IMG/VR virus record: IMGVR_UViG_3300028393_000055
Direction: 5' to 3' (one strand)
Length of the DNA stretch: 64,000 nt
DNA from: an uncultured virus (IMG/VR IMGVR_UViG_3300028393_000055)
Taxonomy: Duplodnaviria > Heunggongvirae > Uroviricota > Caudoviricetes
The notes under the pieces are model-generated. The model worked only from the letters and a program-made list of their open reading frames with translations, did no database searches and was not told the origin of the DNA. Position numbers and translations under genes: made by a program. Each line of letters begins with the position of its first letter. The stretch's first letter is position 1. Positions 1 through 9,812 of this stretch are shown piece by piece.

Positions 1-90
1 TGATGAATCAACAAATGTGTCGAAGAAGTCTGGCTCCGCAACAATCACCTGTGATACTTTTCCGTCTACTACTTTTGCAAAATGTCCCAT
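1..90 (-). CDS. Small fibre-associated phage protein, 5' part only (runs off window)
   Basis: Not in ORF track. Reverse strand reads MGHFAKVVDGKVSQVIVAEPDFFDTFVDSS with GGAG RBS; MxHFAK...VxQVIV N-termini typically follow Gly-rich fibre genes in phages. Confidence 0.7.
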   Translation of the reverse strand, partial: MGHFAKVVDGKVSQVIVAEPDFFDTFVDSS

Positions 91-109
91 TGTTTAGTTC
101 TCCTTTGAG

Positions 110-3100
110 TTAATAATATTCTTTAATTATAATGATACCAGAACCACCACCGCCGCCAGTTGTTGCTCCACTAGCGCCTCCACCTCCACCAGCACCTACA
201 GTATATGAATAAGATGCTGCGGGAGTTGATATATATGCTTCAACATATCCACCAGCGCCACCGCCGCCGCCGCCCCAACCTCCTTGACTGTTAACAGCAC
301 CACCACCTCCACCGCCGCCAGTGTTTGTTCCAGCTGCACCACCATTCACGTTACTATAAGCGCCACCAGCATATCCGCCGCCACCAAAAGCTGATGATCC
401 ACCAACAGCGCCTACACCTTGAGCGGAACTATATGATGCAGTTCCAGCAGCACCACTACCGCCATTTAGATTTATATTACCACCACTCGACGTACCTCCA
501 GGTCCGCCACCATATGCCGATTGACCGGGAGAAGCAGAACCACCACCAGCATTTAAAAAGGATGTTCCAAATGTTGTATTAGTACCAGCACTACCAACGG
601 TACCACCACCGCCAGCAGTTCCACCAGCACCACCACCAACCATACGAATTTCTAATTGAACAACGCCAATTGGTGTAGTATATGTTCCAGAACCAGATGT
701 CAGTATTGTTTGTGTCATTGATTTTTTGACAACGCTTACAGCATAATTCTCTTCAACGATAATAACACCAGAACCGCCAGACCCACCGTTACCACCAGTG
801 CTACCTGCTCCACCTCCGCCACCAGTTCCTACTGTATATGCATAAGATGCTGCGGGATTTGATATATATGCTTCAACATATCCGCCACCACCGCCACCAT
901 GACCAGCAAAAGAATAACCAGCACCTGGACCACCGCCAGCACCTCCTCCACTACCACTATTTGTGGAACCTGCTGTTCCATTACCGACGCTTCCTGGGGG
1001 AAAACCAACACCAACACCTCCAAATGGAGTAGAACCGCCTGAACCTCCAACAGAATAAGGAGAAAACCCACCAGGACTTCCTCTACCTCCTGCTATTGTT
1101 ATACCAGTAGCCCCTGTAATAGTGCCAGCACCACCAGCACCACCACCTAATCCAGGTGCATTACTATTATCAGCGCCACTACCAGCAGTAGCAGTTAAAA
1201 ACGATGTACCAAAAGTTGTATTAGACCCAGCACTACCAGCACCAGCGTAACTGCTACTAACACTGCCGCCACCAGCACCTCCACCTCCACCAACCATACG
1301 AATACGCAACCAAGCAACACCTGATGGAGTATAATATGTTCCAGAACCAGATGTTAATATTGTTTGTGTTTGTGTTGCTGATCTTGCTATTGCAGAGAAT
1401 GATGAGAATGGAGCAAATTGAGTTGCTACGACATTACCATTATTAGTTATAACAAATGCATTTGGTGACGAGTCTGTAAATCCTGGACCATTGCAAGTTA
1501 ATAAACTAACCTGCGAAGGAGTCAACGCCGATATGTTAGTTCCTGCTGCTTGTGCTGTTCCTAATGGACTTGTTGGTGGAGTAAATGTGCCTGTGTATAC
1601 TGCGGCTGTAGATACTCTTAGGTTGGAAATAAATCCAATTGTTCCGCCTGTAGCTTGTGTTCCTAAACAACCAATATAAAAAGGTAAATTATAACCAATT
1701 GTTGAACTGTTAGTAGATGTAGTTGCAGAAGCAACCCCATTCAAATAAACACTAACGGTTGAACCATTACGAACTAATGCAATATGATTCCAACGATTAG
1801 TTAGAGGAACAATATCTGTTGGTGCAAAAGATACAGATGCAGCATTTAAGTAAATATTAAATCCAGTTCCTGCATTCACGTTAAATGCAAAATAATTTGC
1901 GCCAGAATTTTGAACAACAACAGATTGATCACCTGTACCAGTTCTATATAACCAACATTCAATAGTAAAATTTCCTGCAAATTGCCAAGTAGTACCAGAA
2001 GGCGGGTTCAATGACTGAGCGCCAGCAAGTTGAACACTATAAGCACTCACTGGTATTGTAGCTGCCCAATATGAACTTGCGCTACTACCCGCTGAAACTA
2101 ACACCTGACCAGCTGTTCCTGTAGATCCAGCAGCGGATAGTGTACTACTTAATGTTACTCCGCTTGAAAATGTAGTTGCGCCAGTAACTGTTCCACCAGT
2201 AAACGTACCACCACCGCCAGCTGCAACTGGGCTCCAGTAGATACCTGCACCTGATGTACGAAGATAATAACCAGCAGTACCGGTAGAACTATTAGCTGTT
2301 AGTGTACCAGTGATTACTGGATTATTTTTAGTTAGATATATCGTTGATGCGTTTGCAACCTGCAATCTATCACTGATAAGAGTTCTAAGAGCGGTGTTGG
2401 TTGTTGTAAGGCTTGTCCATGTGGCTTTAGCTGCTAACAGTGTGTTGACGTTTGCTACTTGATACCTATCAGATACCAATGTACGAAGTGCCGTGTTAGT
2501 GCCGGTTAAATTGGTGTTAATTAGATTGATGCGCAGGTTCGTGTTTGCGAGTGCAGCACGTTCAATTGCTTTTGTTTGGTAAACAGACGCAGCGTTTGCT
2601 ACCTGCAATCTATCAGACACTAATGTACGAATAGCAGTGTTAGTACCAGTTAAACCAACCCAAGATGCTTTAGCTAATAGTAACGTGTTTACGTTTGCAA
2701 CTTGGTATCTGTCACTGATAAGTGTACGAAGGGCCGTATTAGTTCCTGTAAGAGCAGCCCATGTTGCACCACTAGAACTTGCAGCAACCGGTGACCAGTA
2801 AACGCCTGTACCAGATGTGCGAAGATAGTAACCAGCTGTGCCTGTAGAACCGTTAGCACTCAATGTGCCGGATACCACTGGATTAGTTTTTGTCAGATAT
2901 GTTGCAACAGCATTTGCTACTTGAAGTCGGTCGCTGATAAGGGTGCGAGCGGTAGTGTTTGCAATGTACACAGAAGTAAGATATGAATTGGAAACTAATG
3001 TTTGTACTGTTGCGCTACCTTGCGCTTGAATTGTCAGTGCACCTTTTTTCGTAGAACTCAGCGTAGTGTTGCCAAGGTACATTGTCGCACCAGACAAAAA

Positions 3101-3304
3101 CAAATCTTTGAATCTGCGAGTTGGTGAACCGAGACTGTATGTGTTTGCCGCAGCAGGAATTATGTTCTTAGAAGTGACCGTAGTTAACCACGAGTTTGCT
3201 GGAGCCCAATAAGCCGTGTTACTGGTTGTGTTAGCAGTCAACACCTGACCATTGGTCGATCCGGTGACAGTTATTTGTTGAGGAAATATTTTCTGTTCAG
3301 CCAT
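110..3304 (-). CDS. Fibre-like virion protein: repeated helical modules, LamG/ConA-like lectin domain, two Gly-rich domains
   Basis: Repeats TNTALRTLISDRLQVANA; LamG-like FTIECW...WNHIALVRNGSTVSVYLNG...ISNLRV; duplicated TSGSGTYxTPxGVxxLxIRMVGGG...GGSGxII domain. Confidence 0.75.
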   Translation of the reverse strand: MAEQKIFPQQITVTGSTNGQVLTANTTSNTAYWAPANSWLTTVTSKNIIPAAANTYSLGSPTRRFKDLFLSGATMYLGNTTLSSTKKGALTIQAQGSATVQTLVSNSYLTSVYIANTTARTLISDRLQVANAVATYLTKTNPVVSGTLSANGSTGTAGYYLRTSGTGVYWSPVAASSSGATWAALTGTNTALRTLISDRYQVANVNTLLLAKASWVGLTGTNTAIRTLVSDRLQVANAASVYQTKAIERAALANTNLRINLINTNLTGTNTALRTLVSDRYQVANVNTLLAAKATWTSLTTTNTALRTLISDRLQVANASTIYLTKNNPVITGTLTANSSTGTAGYYLRTSGAGIYWSPVAAGGGGTFTGGTVTGATTFSSGVTLSSTLSAAGSTGTAGQVLVSAGSSASSYWAATIPVSAYSVQLAGAQSLNPPSGTTWQFAGNFTIECWLYRTGTGDQSVVVQNSGANYFAFNVNAGTGFNIYLNAASVSFAPTDIVPLTNRWNHIALVRNGSTVSVYLNGVASATTSTNSSTIGYNLPFYIGCLGTQATGGTIGFISNLRVSTAAVYTGTFTPPTSPLGTAQAAGTNISALTPSQVSLLTCNGPGFTDSSPNAFVITNNGNVVATQFAPFSSFSAIARSATQTQTILTSGSGTYYTPSGVAWLRIRMVGGGGGAGGGSVSSSYAGAGSAGSNTTFGTSFLTATAGSGADNSNAPGLGGGAGGAGTITGATGITIAGGRGSPGGFSPYSVGGSGGSTPFGGVGVGFPPGSVGNGTAGSTNSGSGGGAGGGPGAGYSFAGHGGGGGGYVEAYISNPAASYAYTVGTGGGGGAGSTGGNGGSGGSGVIIVEENYAVSVVKKSMTQTILTSGSGTYTTPIGVVQLEIRMVGGGAGGTAGGGGTVGSAGTNTTFGTSFLNAGGGSASPGQSAYGGGPGGTSSGGNINLNGGSGAAGTASYSSAQGVGAVGGSSAFGGGGYAGGAYSNVNGGAAGTNTGGGGGGGAVNSQGGWGGGGGGAGGYVEAYISTPAASYSYTVGAGGGGGASGATTGGGGGSGIIIIKEYY

Positions 3305-3331
3305 TACACTTCCAATTGAGTTATTGTTATC

Positions 3332-4108
3332 TTACGCAAATTCACAATATGCAACACCACCGCCACCTCCACCACCGCCCATTAGATTTGATATATTATT
3401 TGGAGATCCATCACCACCTCTTCCGATGCACCATATTTTAACATATGTTGTCCCGGCCGCTGTAGTGATTGTTCCAGTGCCAGCCGACTGATTAATCGTT
3501 TGATAAGTCGCGCTACCATTGACGATATATTTAATCAATATGCCTGCATTACCACCTGCTCCTGCTGGATAATAATAAAAGAATCCTCTACCACCTCCAC
3601 CACCACCTGCGAAATAACCAGCAGGACCAAATCCAGTTTCACCACCACCGCCTCCGTATGCGAAATAAACAGACGCACCAGCAGCGGTCGCAGCCGCGAG
3701 TAATCCACTCACATCATTTGGTGCTGTTGGTCCAGCATAACTAGCTCCACCATTCACACCATTAGCAGCACCAATTGAACCTCCACCACCCGCTGATGAA
3801 TTGCTTCCTGAACCACCAGCACCGCCATTTACACCACCACCAGCTTCGTTATTGTTAGTAATAGTATAAGTTCCAGCTGCGCCGCCTGATCCTACACCAC
3901 CTCCACCAGCAGCGTTACCAGCTATCGTTACGCCATTGAATACTGCTGTTGCATTGCTACTAGTAAAATTATATGAAATGGTAGCGCCACTATAATTGTT
4001 TATTGCTGCCGAAGAAAACTTCTTTGTAGAAGCTGTCTTACTAGATAGTTTTCTTGTGCTTAGTTTTCGTAAGGATATAGAGCCTTTCGAAAGCAATCTA
4101 ATTGTCAT
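3332..4108 (-). CDS. Glycine-rich virion/fibre protein
   Basis: Poly-Gly tracts, basic N-terminus, TAATG-coupled to upstream gene in the fibre cluster. Confidence 0.55.
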   Translation of the reverse strand: MTIRLLSKGSISLRKLSTRKLSSKTASTKKFSSAAINNYSGATISYNFTSSNATAVFNGVTIAGNAAGGGGVGSGGAAGTYTITNNNEAGGGVNGGAGGSGSNSSAGGGGSIGAANGVNGGASYAGPTAPNDVSGLLAAATAAGASVYFAYGGGGGETGFGPAGYFAGGGGGGRGFFYYYPAGAGGNAGILIKYIVNGSATYQTINQSAGTGTITTAAGTTYVKIWCIGRGGDGSPNNISNLMGGGGGGGGVAYCEFA

Positions 4109-4437
4109 TAGGTTATCTCTGTTCCGAAAGCTAGGAATGATATTGTGGTTGTGCTGGCGTAAATTGTAATCACATCAGTTGCAGCTAGTGTTATGCCAAG
4201 AGTTAAACAAATAGAATCGTTAGCAGGAAGAGCGGCATCATACGCAATATAATGACTAGCAGCTAATGTTGCTCCTGAAGGTCTTACTGCAATTCTATAT
4301 GTGGCGGAAGATGCAGCTTGATTGCAAACAGTTATCGTAGAAACAATTGTGCTTGTTGATGCGGGCACCGTATATAATGCTGTTGCTGTTGTTGCAGTTG
4401 GATTGCTTGTTCCTAAAACTTTATATGTTGTTGCCAT
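4108..4437 (-). CDS. Small virion structural protein (fibre-associated)
   Basis: Beta-rich 109 aa (LYTVPAST...ITVCN...FGTEI), GAGG RBS, lies between fibre genes. Confidence 0.6.
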   Translation of the reverse strand: MATTYKVLGTSNPTATTATALYTVPASTSTIVSTITVCNQAASSATYRIAVRPSGATLAASHYIAYDAALPANDSICLTLGITLAATDVITIYASTTTISFLAFGTEIT

Positions 4438-4446
4438 TGTTTCCTC

Positions 4447-5559
4447 TTACATTCCGCCTAATAGCATTGAACCTAAAAACAAATCACCGCTTGATATTGT
4501 TTCGCCCGAACCGCCAGAAATGACAACACCTTCCATATTTCGTGCTTCAATAACAGCACCAGAATATGGCGCAGAAGTAAATGTTAACGTAGTACCAGAA
4601 ATCGTATAGTGCGTCACAGGAATTTGCAATATGCCATTAACTGTAATAATAACATTTCTCTGCTGAGATACTGAAGCACTAAGTGTGAAAATAGTTTGCG
4701 AACCTGTGCCGGCAAATATCTGTGATGTTGCGGTTGCTGCTGCTTGAGTTGCTACTGGAGACCAATATATTCCAGTACCAGAAGTGCGTAGATAATATCC
4801 AGATGTTCCTGTTGAACTATTGGCAGTCAGTGTGCCTGTTATGATTGGATTAGATTTAGTTAGATATGTGGCTACTGCGTTCGCAACAGATATCTTAGTG
4901 CCGATAAGAGCAGCAGTAGCAGTTGCAAAACTTGCATTATTACCCAAAGCATTCGCAAGCTCGCGCAGTGTATCTAAAGTGCCAGGAGCCGAGTTGACAA
5001 CAGCGGCTACTTTAGTATCAATATAACTACGAATCGACGTGTTAGTACTAAGCAAATTTGTATTAACAAGAGTAATTCTAAGATTGGTATTGGCTAACGC
5101 AGCACGTTCAACAGATTTTGTTTGATACGTGGCTACCGCATTGGCCACTTGAATTCTATCACTAATGAGTGTGCGAATTGCTGTGTTAGTCGCGGTAAGT
5201 GCTGACCACGATGCGCGAGCCACAATATAGCTATTGGTGTTTGCTAATGCGCTATTAAATGTGGTGGTGTTTAATTTAGTTGCGATATATGAGTTTGTGT
5301 TAGCAAGAGTAGATTTAACATAAGAATTGGCTGCTGCATATGCTTTAGTTGTGTATAATGCCGATGCGTTAGCAACCTGAAGATATTGAGTAGCTGTGCC
5401 TATTTCACTATATCTAGCAAGACGAATTCCACCAACAGTAGCGCCGTCATGTACGCGAAGAGTTTTGATTGTACTATCAACAGTAATCTCACCATCCGCT
5501 CCCGTGAACGAATTGTGTTGAGTTGTTGTACCTCTTCTAAACTTGACTTGAATTGACAT
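4447..5559 (-). CDS. Fibre protein with Mtd_N-like N-terminal domain
   Basis: N-terminus QVKFRRGTTTQHNSFTGADGEITVD...LRVHDGATVGG; APGTLDTLRELANALGNN fibre motif; shares repeat modules with 110..3304. Confidence 0.75.
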   Translation of the reverse strand: MSIQVKFRRGTTTQHNSFTGADGEITVDSTIKTLRVHDGATVGGIRLARYSEIGTATQYLQVANASALYTTKAYAAANSYVKSTLANTNSYIATKLNTTTFNSALANTNSYIVARASWSALTATNTAIRTLISDRIQVANAVATYQTKSVERAALANTNLRITLVNTNLLSTNTSIRSYIDTKVAAVVNSAPGTLDTLRELANALGNNASFATATAALIGTKISVANAVATYLTKSNPIITGTLTANSSTGTSGYYLRTSGTGIYWSPVATQAAATATSQIFAGTGSQTIFTLSASVSQQRNVIITVNGILQIPVTHYTISGTTLTFTSAPYSGAVIEARNMEGVVISGGSGETISSGDLFLGSMLLGGM

Positions 5560-6320
5560 TAAAGAGTTCCGTAATCTCTGTTGAGTTCGATATCTATCTG
5601 TGTCGCTATTGAACCGTAATCAAACGTATCTGCTGCGAAACCTCCACCGCCCGCACTATATTTAGCATCGGCTGCTGACTCTAATAGATAAAGCGAAGAG
5701 TGTATGCCGCCTAAATGGATTGAATTGTTTGAAGTTCCTGTATATGTTGTGGCGCTAATGGTGCTAGATCCACCTAGTGATACGCCGGCTGATGTCACCG
5801 ATACAGAACCGATAGAAACACTAGTGTTGGAAACCGTAACAGAACCAACAGCTACTCTACCAGTAGATACCGCAACAGATCCTACAGAAACACCTGTTGT
5901 TGATACTGCAACAGCACCAACTGAAACACCTGTTGTTGATACGGATACAGAACCAACTGAAACACCTGTGTTCGAAACCGTAGTCGCACCAACTGTAACA
6001 GCAGTTTTTGTTACCGATGTGGATCCTACCGAAACGCCTGTGTTTGAAACTGTGGTAGAACCTACAGTAACAGCAGTTTTTGTTACCGATGTTGAACCTA
6101 CGGATAATCCGGTATTAGATACGGATGTTGAACCAACCGAAACTGCTGTTGATGTGACAGAAGTTGTACCTACAGAAACACCAGCACCTGTTATAGATGT
6201 ATTACCTACGGCTGAAGACGCTTGTCCTATGTTAAGCCAAGATGCTCCTGTCCATTGATAATTATATCCATTATAAGCAACTATTTGTCCTAACGACGAG
6301 CCGCGTGAGGGTAATGCCAT
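5559..6320 (-). CDS. Repetitive fibre protein with 12-aa VSVGSTSVSNTG repeats (probable beta-helix/spiral)
   Basis: About 11 tandem 12-aa repeats; C-terminal DYGSI...DYGTL; TAATG-coupled to the next gene. Confidence 0.6.
   Translation of the reverse strand: MALPSRGSSLGQIVAYNGYNYQWTGASWLNIGQASSAVGNTSITGAGVSVGTTSVTSTAVSVGSTSVSNTGLSVGSTSVTKTAVTVGSTTVSNTGVSVGSTSVTKTAVTVGATTVSNTGVSVGSVSVSTTGVSVGAVAVSTTGVSVGSVAVSTGRVAVGSVTVSNTSVSIGSVSVTSAGVSLGGSSTISATTYTGTSNNSIHLGGIHSSLYLLESAADAKYSAGGGGFAADTFDYGSIATQIDIELNRDYGTL
5780..6190 (-). repeat. Degenerate 36-nt tandem repeat coding the 12-aa units
   Basis: Recurring units such as ccaactgaaacacctgttgttgatac and acagcagtttttgttaccgatgt; boundaries approximate. 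Confidence 0.7.
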
Positions 6321-6323
6321 TTG

Positions 6324-7889
6324 TTATGCCCCCGACGGTGGTGGTGTGATGTTAAACCAATACGCTTGACCATTTGGATTAGCATCCGAAAATGGACCAC
6401 TTCCATCTATAGACATCCAAAGCATTGGTGTGGTTCGTGTGTTAGGCGAGTATATTGATATTGGTGCTGGATCAACTAATCCATCATTTACCGCAAGAAT
6501 CCATATCGAACCGAATGGTGGAGAAGAAACATCCGTTCTAAATGCCAACGTAGTAGGATTTTGATTAGGCGCAACATTCATATAACCCAGACCATATGCG
6601 GTATAATTGTACATCGTAGTTGAATAATAATATTGTGGTTTAGTTGCGATATATGCGTTTGTGTTAGCTAATAGTGTTTTAACATATGAGTTTGCTGCGG
6701 CGTATGCTTTTGTTGCGAACTTAGCATTAGCGTTAGAAACTTGTAGATATGGCGCAAGATTAACAGCGCCACCTCCAGCGCCGCCTCCACCAGTTCCAGA
6801 ACCGACTTGTACTCCGTTAGCAAAAAAAGTTTGATTAGGAATAATTAACTTTGGGCCATTAGATGAAATAGCAGCATTGCCGATGTATATCGTATTGCTT
6901 GATAGATATAAAGAACCAAATGGTTTGCTGGGTGAACCGATACTAATAGGCGTATTACCAGAAGGCATTATTGCACCAGAAACCGTAAGCGTTCCTACTG
7001 ATATGTCACTAGATGCTTTCCATTTAGATGTACTAGAACTCCAAACAAGTGCTTGCCCATTGCTTGGATTCTTTACGCTATTATAGTCAACGTCATCGAG
7101 GCGGTGCAGAAGTACTTCACCAGAACCTGCAGGACCACCTTTAGCAACTACATTGAAAGCTACCTTTGATAGTCTCTTATCAACTTGTTCACTAAATTCA
7201 CTTAGTTTCTTTTCTAGCTTTGATACATCAGCATCAGAGCCAGGATCACCTTTATCGCCTTTTTCTCCTGTGTCTCCCTTATCACCCTTTAATCCTTGAC
7301 CACCGTCTTTGCCGCTCTTTCCGTCTTTGCCATCTCTGCCAGGAAGACCTTGATCCCCTCGCGCTCCTGTTGCGCCTTTTGCTCCATCACGTCCAGCGGC
7401 TCCGTCAATAGCTGCTGATCCTTGTTCTCCGCGTTCTCCGCGTTTACCAGGAATTCCTTGTTCGCCTCTGTCACCGGTATCTCCCTTCTCTCCCTTTGCG
7501 CCGCGAATTCCTTGATCCCCACGGTCACCTTTATCTCCTTGAATACCTTGCTCGCCTTGAATCCCAGGAATGCCTTGCTCACCCTGAATACCTTGTTCAC
7601 CAGTAATACCCTGCTCGCCCTGTAATCCTTGTTCTCCGCGTTGCCCTTGAATGCCTTGCTCACCAATTATGCGCCCAAGATTTGCAAATGAACCATCGTT
7701 GAATTGAAGAACTAACTCCTCTTCAATTAGAGCAACGTCAATAATCCCACGCCCGGGAATACCAGACGCAGGAGTAATTGATTGAATTTTATTGATTTGT
7801 TCTATTAACTCATTGCGAACTTCAGCAACTTCAGATTTTGCAATCTTTTGTGCAACAGCAAGGAGTTTAGCTTTTTCCAGCTCTTCCAT
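6324..7889 (-). CDS. Collagen-like (Gly-X-Y) fibre protein
   Basis: About 47 GXY triplets with one AID interruption (ca. 7236-7664); also YLQVSNA...TKAYAAANSYVK module shared with 4447..5559. Confidence 0.8.
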   Translation of the reverse strand: MEELEKAKLLAVAQKIAKSEVAEVRNELIEQINKIQSITPASGIPGRGIIDVALIEEELVLQFNDGSFANLGRIIGEQGIQGQRGEQGLQGEQGITGEQGIQGEQGIPGIQGEQGIQGDKGDRGDQGIRGAKGEKGDTGDRGEQGIPGKRGERGEQGSAAIDGAAGRDGAKGATGARGDQGLPGRDGKDGKSGKDGGQGLKGDKGDTGEKGDKGDPGSDADVSKLEKKLSEFSEQVDKRLSKVAFNVVAKGGPAGSGEVLLHRLDDVDYNSVKNPSNGQALVWSSSTSKWKASSDISVGTLTVSGAIMPSGNTPISIGSPSKPFGSLYLSSNTIYIGNAAISSNGPKLIIPNQTFFANGVQVGSGTGGGGAGGGAVNLAPYLQVSNANAKFATKAYAAANSYVKTLLANTNAYIATKPQYYYSTTMYNYTAYGLGYMNVAPNQNPTTLAFRTDVSSPPFGSIWILAVNDGLVDPAPISIYSPNTRTTPMLWMSIDGSGPFSDANPNGQAYWFNITPPPSGA

Positions 7890-7891
7890 GG

Positions 7892-9763
7892 TTAGATGGC
7901 ATCCTTGATCTCTTCCACTTCTTCAATGTCCTCATGAGCCACATGTTCCATAACCGCAGTCATTCTTTCAATGAGTCGCTTATCTTCTTCGCTAAGAGGC
8001 TTTGGCACAAATGGCTCATACTCTTCTTTCTTGATAGATGCTTTCTTCTTAGTATCTCCAGAGACTTTGATCTCTACCTTCTGCGTCTTAGGTGCAGCAG
8101 CCGCAGCAGGTTTTGCAACGGCCTTTGCTTTATCAGATGGTTTATTCTTAGAACCTAATGCAGCAGCTTTTGCATCCAACTCTTTGCCTTTGATTTCCAT
8201 GTCTTTCATGTCCATCTGTTGCTGAGTTTTCTGCATTTCTTGTTCGTGGTCTTGTTTCTGCATCTCTAGTTCATTGCCCATTGGATCTGGCTCAGATGCA
8301 ATCTGCTTGTCCATTTCCTCAATTTCTTCCTCAGTCTGACGAAGAACATGCTTGCGAATCCATTCAACCGAATAATACTTACCAACATACTGATCCACAA
8401 CCTGTAGAGTTGCAAGACGTTGGTTTAGAACTTCCTGTTCCTTTATTTCTGAATAATAGTTATCACGCTGGAAATCATAGCGGATATCATTCTTCAATTC
8501 TTTCCACTCTTCGCGGGTCATAACACCCTTGAGAACGAGCTGAATTTCTAGGAGATGGTCAAACAGATGTGCGAATCTATGGCGCAGACGGTCAATGAAT
8601 TTCGCGAACTTGATTTCATCGCGTGAGATTTCACCTTGACGCCCCATAGAGAATGTGCCTTCTGGCTCAAGACGAGACACAGGAACAGATAGGGCCTTGT
8701 ATAGTTTCTTTTTGAAATACTCAACATCGTCCATCTGCCCAAGATTCTCACCACCTGGGAGGGTAGTAATTTCAGTACCACGCCCACCTTCACGACGTGG
8801 AAGCCAATAGTCTTCCAACATAGTCATAAACTTGCGGGTATCTTGAACATCACCAGTTTCAGCATTATAGACAAGACGGTTCTTATGACGAACCATCATA
8901 TCACGGACATACTGCTCGGCTTTTGCTTTAGGCAAGTTACCAACGTCGATGTAGAAAATACGACGCTCAGGTGCGCGAGCGAGACGATAGATAACTACCG
9001 CGTCCTCAAGCATACGCAACTGATTGAGTGGTTTAATTGCTTTGTGGAGATGAGAAAGAACCATACGATTACGATGATCCATAATGCTGCTGTGTGTATA
9101 GCAGATAGAATCCTTAGCAATCTTCACTCCCTGAGTAGCAGTGCCCGATTGGAGACCAGCTACATTATAAAGAAAGTATTCTTCGTATGGAGGAACGATT
9201 AGCTTCGCATTAGTACCAACGATAGGTGTGCGCTTGATTGGTTGACGAATTTTACGAATGCGTCTTGGGTCAATATAGCGAAGCTCTTGAATACCAGCGC
9301 GAGGATTTTTAACGTCAACCATAATATGATAGAACATGCGTCCGTCAACATACCAACGACGGAAAATATCATAAGCAAGATTAGAGAAATCCAATAACTC
9401 AAGAACGGTCTTGAACTCTTCTTCGATTTTCTTTTTGATTGATGCTGGTTGTTTTAGATCATCCATATCCAGCGATACGGGTTCAGCGTTGTCGTCTGTG
9501 ATGATTGCTTCATTTACGATATCATCAATGGCTGATTCTACTTCTGGATACAACGCCATTTCGCGATAGCGGGTTACTAGATCCGCTTCGCTTTTTGCAG
9601 TACCTTCGAAATCGACGTAAGTGCCGTATGCGCCGCCAGGCGCTACTTCAAGCGCACCATCGGTATTTGGTGGAGGAGCAAACGAAGGTATCTGTTCGGC
9701 CTGTTTGACCTCAGTACCATCGTCTGCTTTTCCAATACGGAATCCAAAAAGTTCAATCGCCAT
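7892..9763 (-). CDS. gp20: Portal vertex protein (T4 gp20-like)
   Basis: IYRLARAPERRIFYIDVGNLPKAKAEQY, EDYWLPRREGGRGTEITTLPGG; follows gp19. Confidence 0.97.
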   Translation of the reverse strand: MAIELFGFRIGKADDGTEVKQAEQIPSFAPPPNTDGALEVAPGGAYGTYVDFEGTAKSEADLVTRYREMALYPEVESAIDDIVNEAIITDDNAEPVSLDMDDLKQPASIKKKIEEEFKTVLELLDFSNLAYDIFRRWYVDGRMFYHIMVDVKNPRAGIQELRYIDPRRIRKIRQPIKRTPIVGTNAKLIVPPYEEYFLYNVAGLQSGTATQGVKIAKDSICYTHSSIMDHRNRMVLSHLHKAIKPLNQLRMLEDAVVIYRLARAPERRIFYIDVGNLPKAKAEQYVRDMMVRHKNRLVYNAETGDVQDTRKFMTMLEDYWLPRREGGRGTEITTLPGGENLGQMDDVEYFKKKLYKALSVPVSRLEPEGTFSMGRQGEISRDEIKFAKFIDRLRHRFAHLFDHLLEIQLVLKGVMTREEWKELKNDIRYDFQRDNYYSEIKEQEVLNQRLATLQVVDQYVGKYYSVEWIRKHVLRQTEEEIEEMDKQIASEPDPMGNELEMQKQDHEQEMQKTQQQMDMKDMEIKGKELDAKAAALGSKNKPSDKAKAVAKPAAAAAPKTQKVEIKVSGDTKKKASIKKEEYEPFVPKPLSEEDKRLIERMTAVMEHVAHEDIEEVEEIKDAI

Positions 9764-9812
9764 TTATTTTCCTTCAAGGTCTAATCAATTATATAGGAAA
9801 ACTAAAGCGATC

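Noticed and set aside
4447..5559. Diversity-generating retroelement suggested by the Mtd_N-like domain
   Set aside because: No reverse transcriptase in the window and no repeat pair differing only at adenines; fibre repeats differ at synonymous sites
5704..6258. 184-aa plus-strand T/E/P/V-rich ORF
   Set aside because: Antisense shadow of the repetitive minus-strand gene that is coupled into the operon
6324..7889. Collagen protein as main substrate of the prolyl-hydroxylase-like gene
   Set aside because: Only about four GXP triplets; the helix is charge- and Gln-rich, so the link is weak
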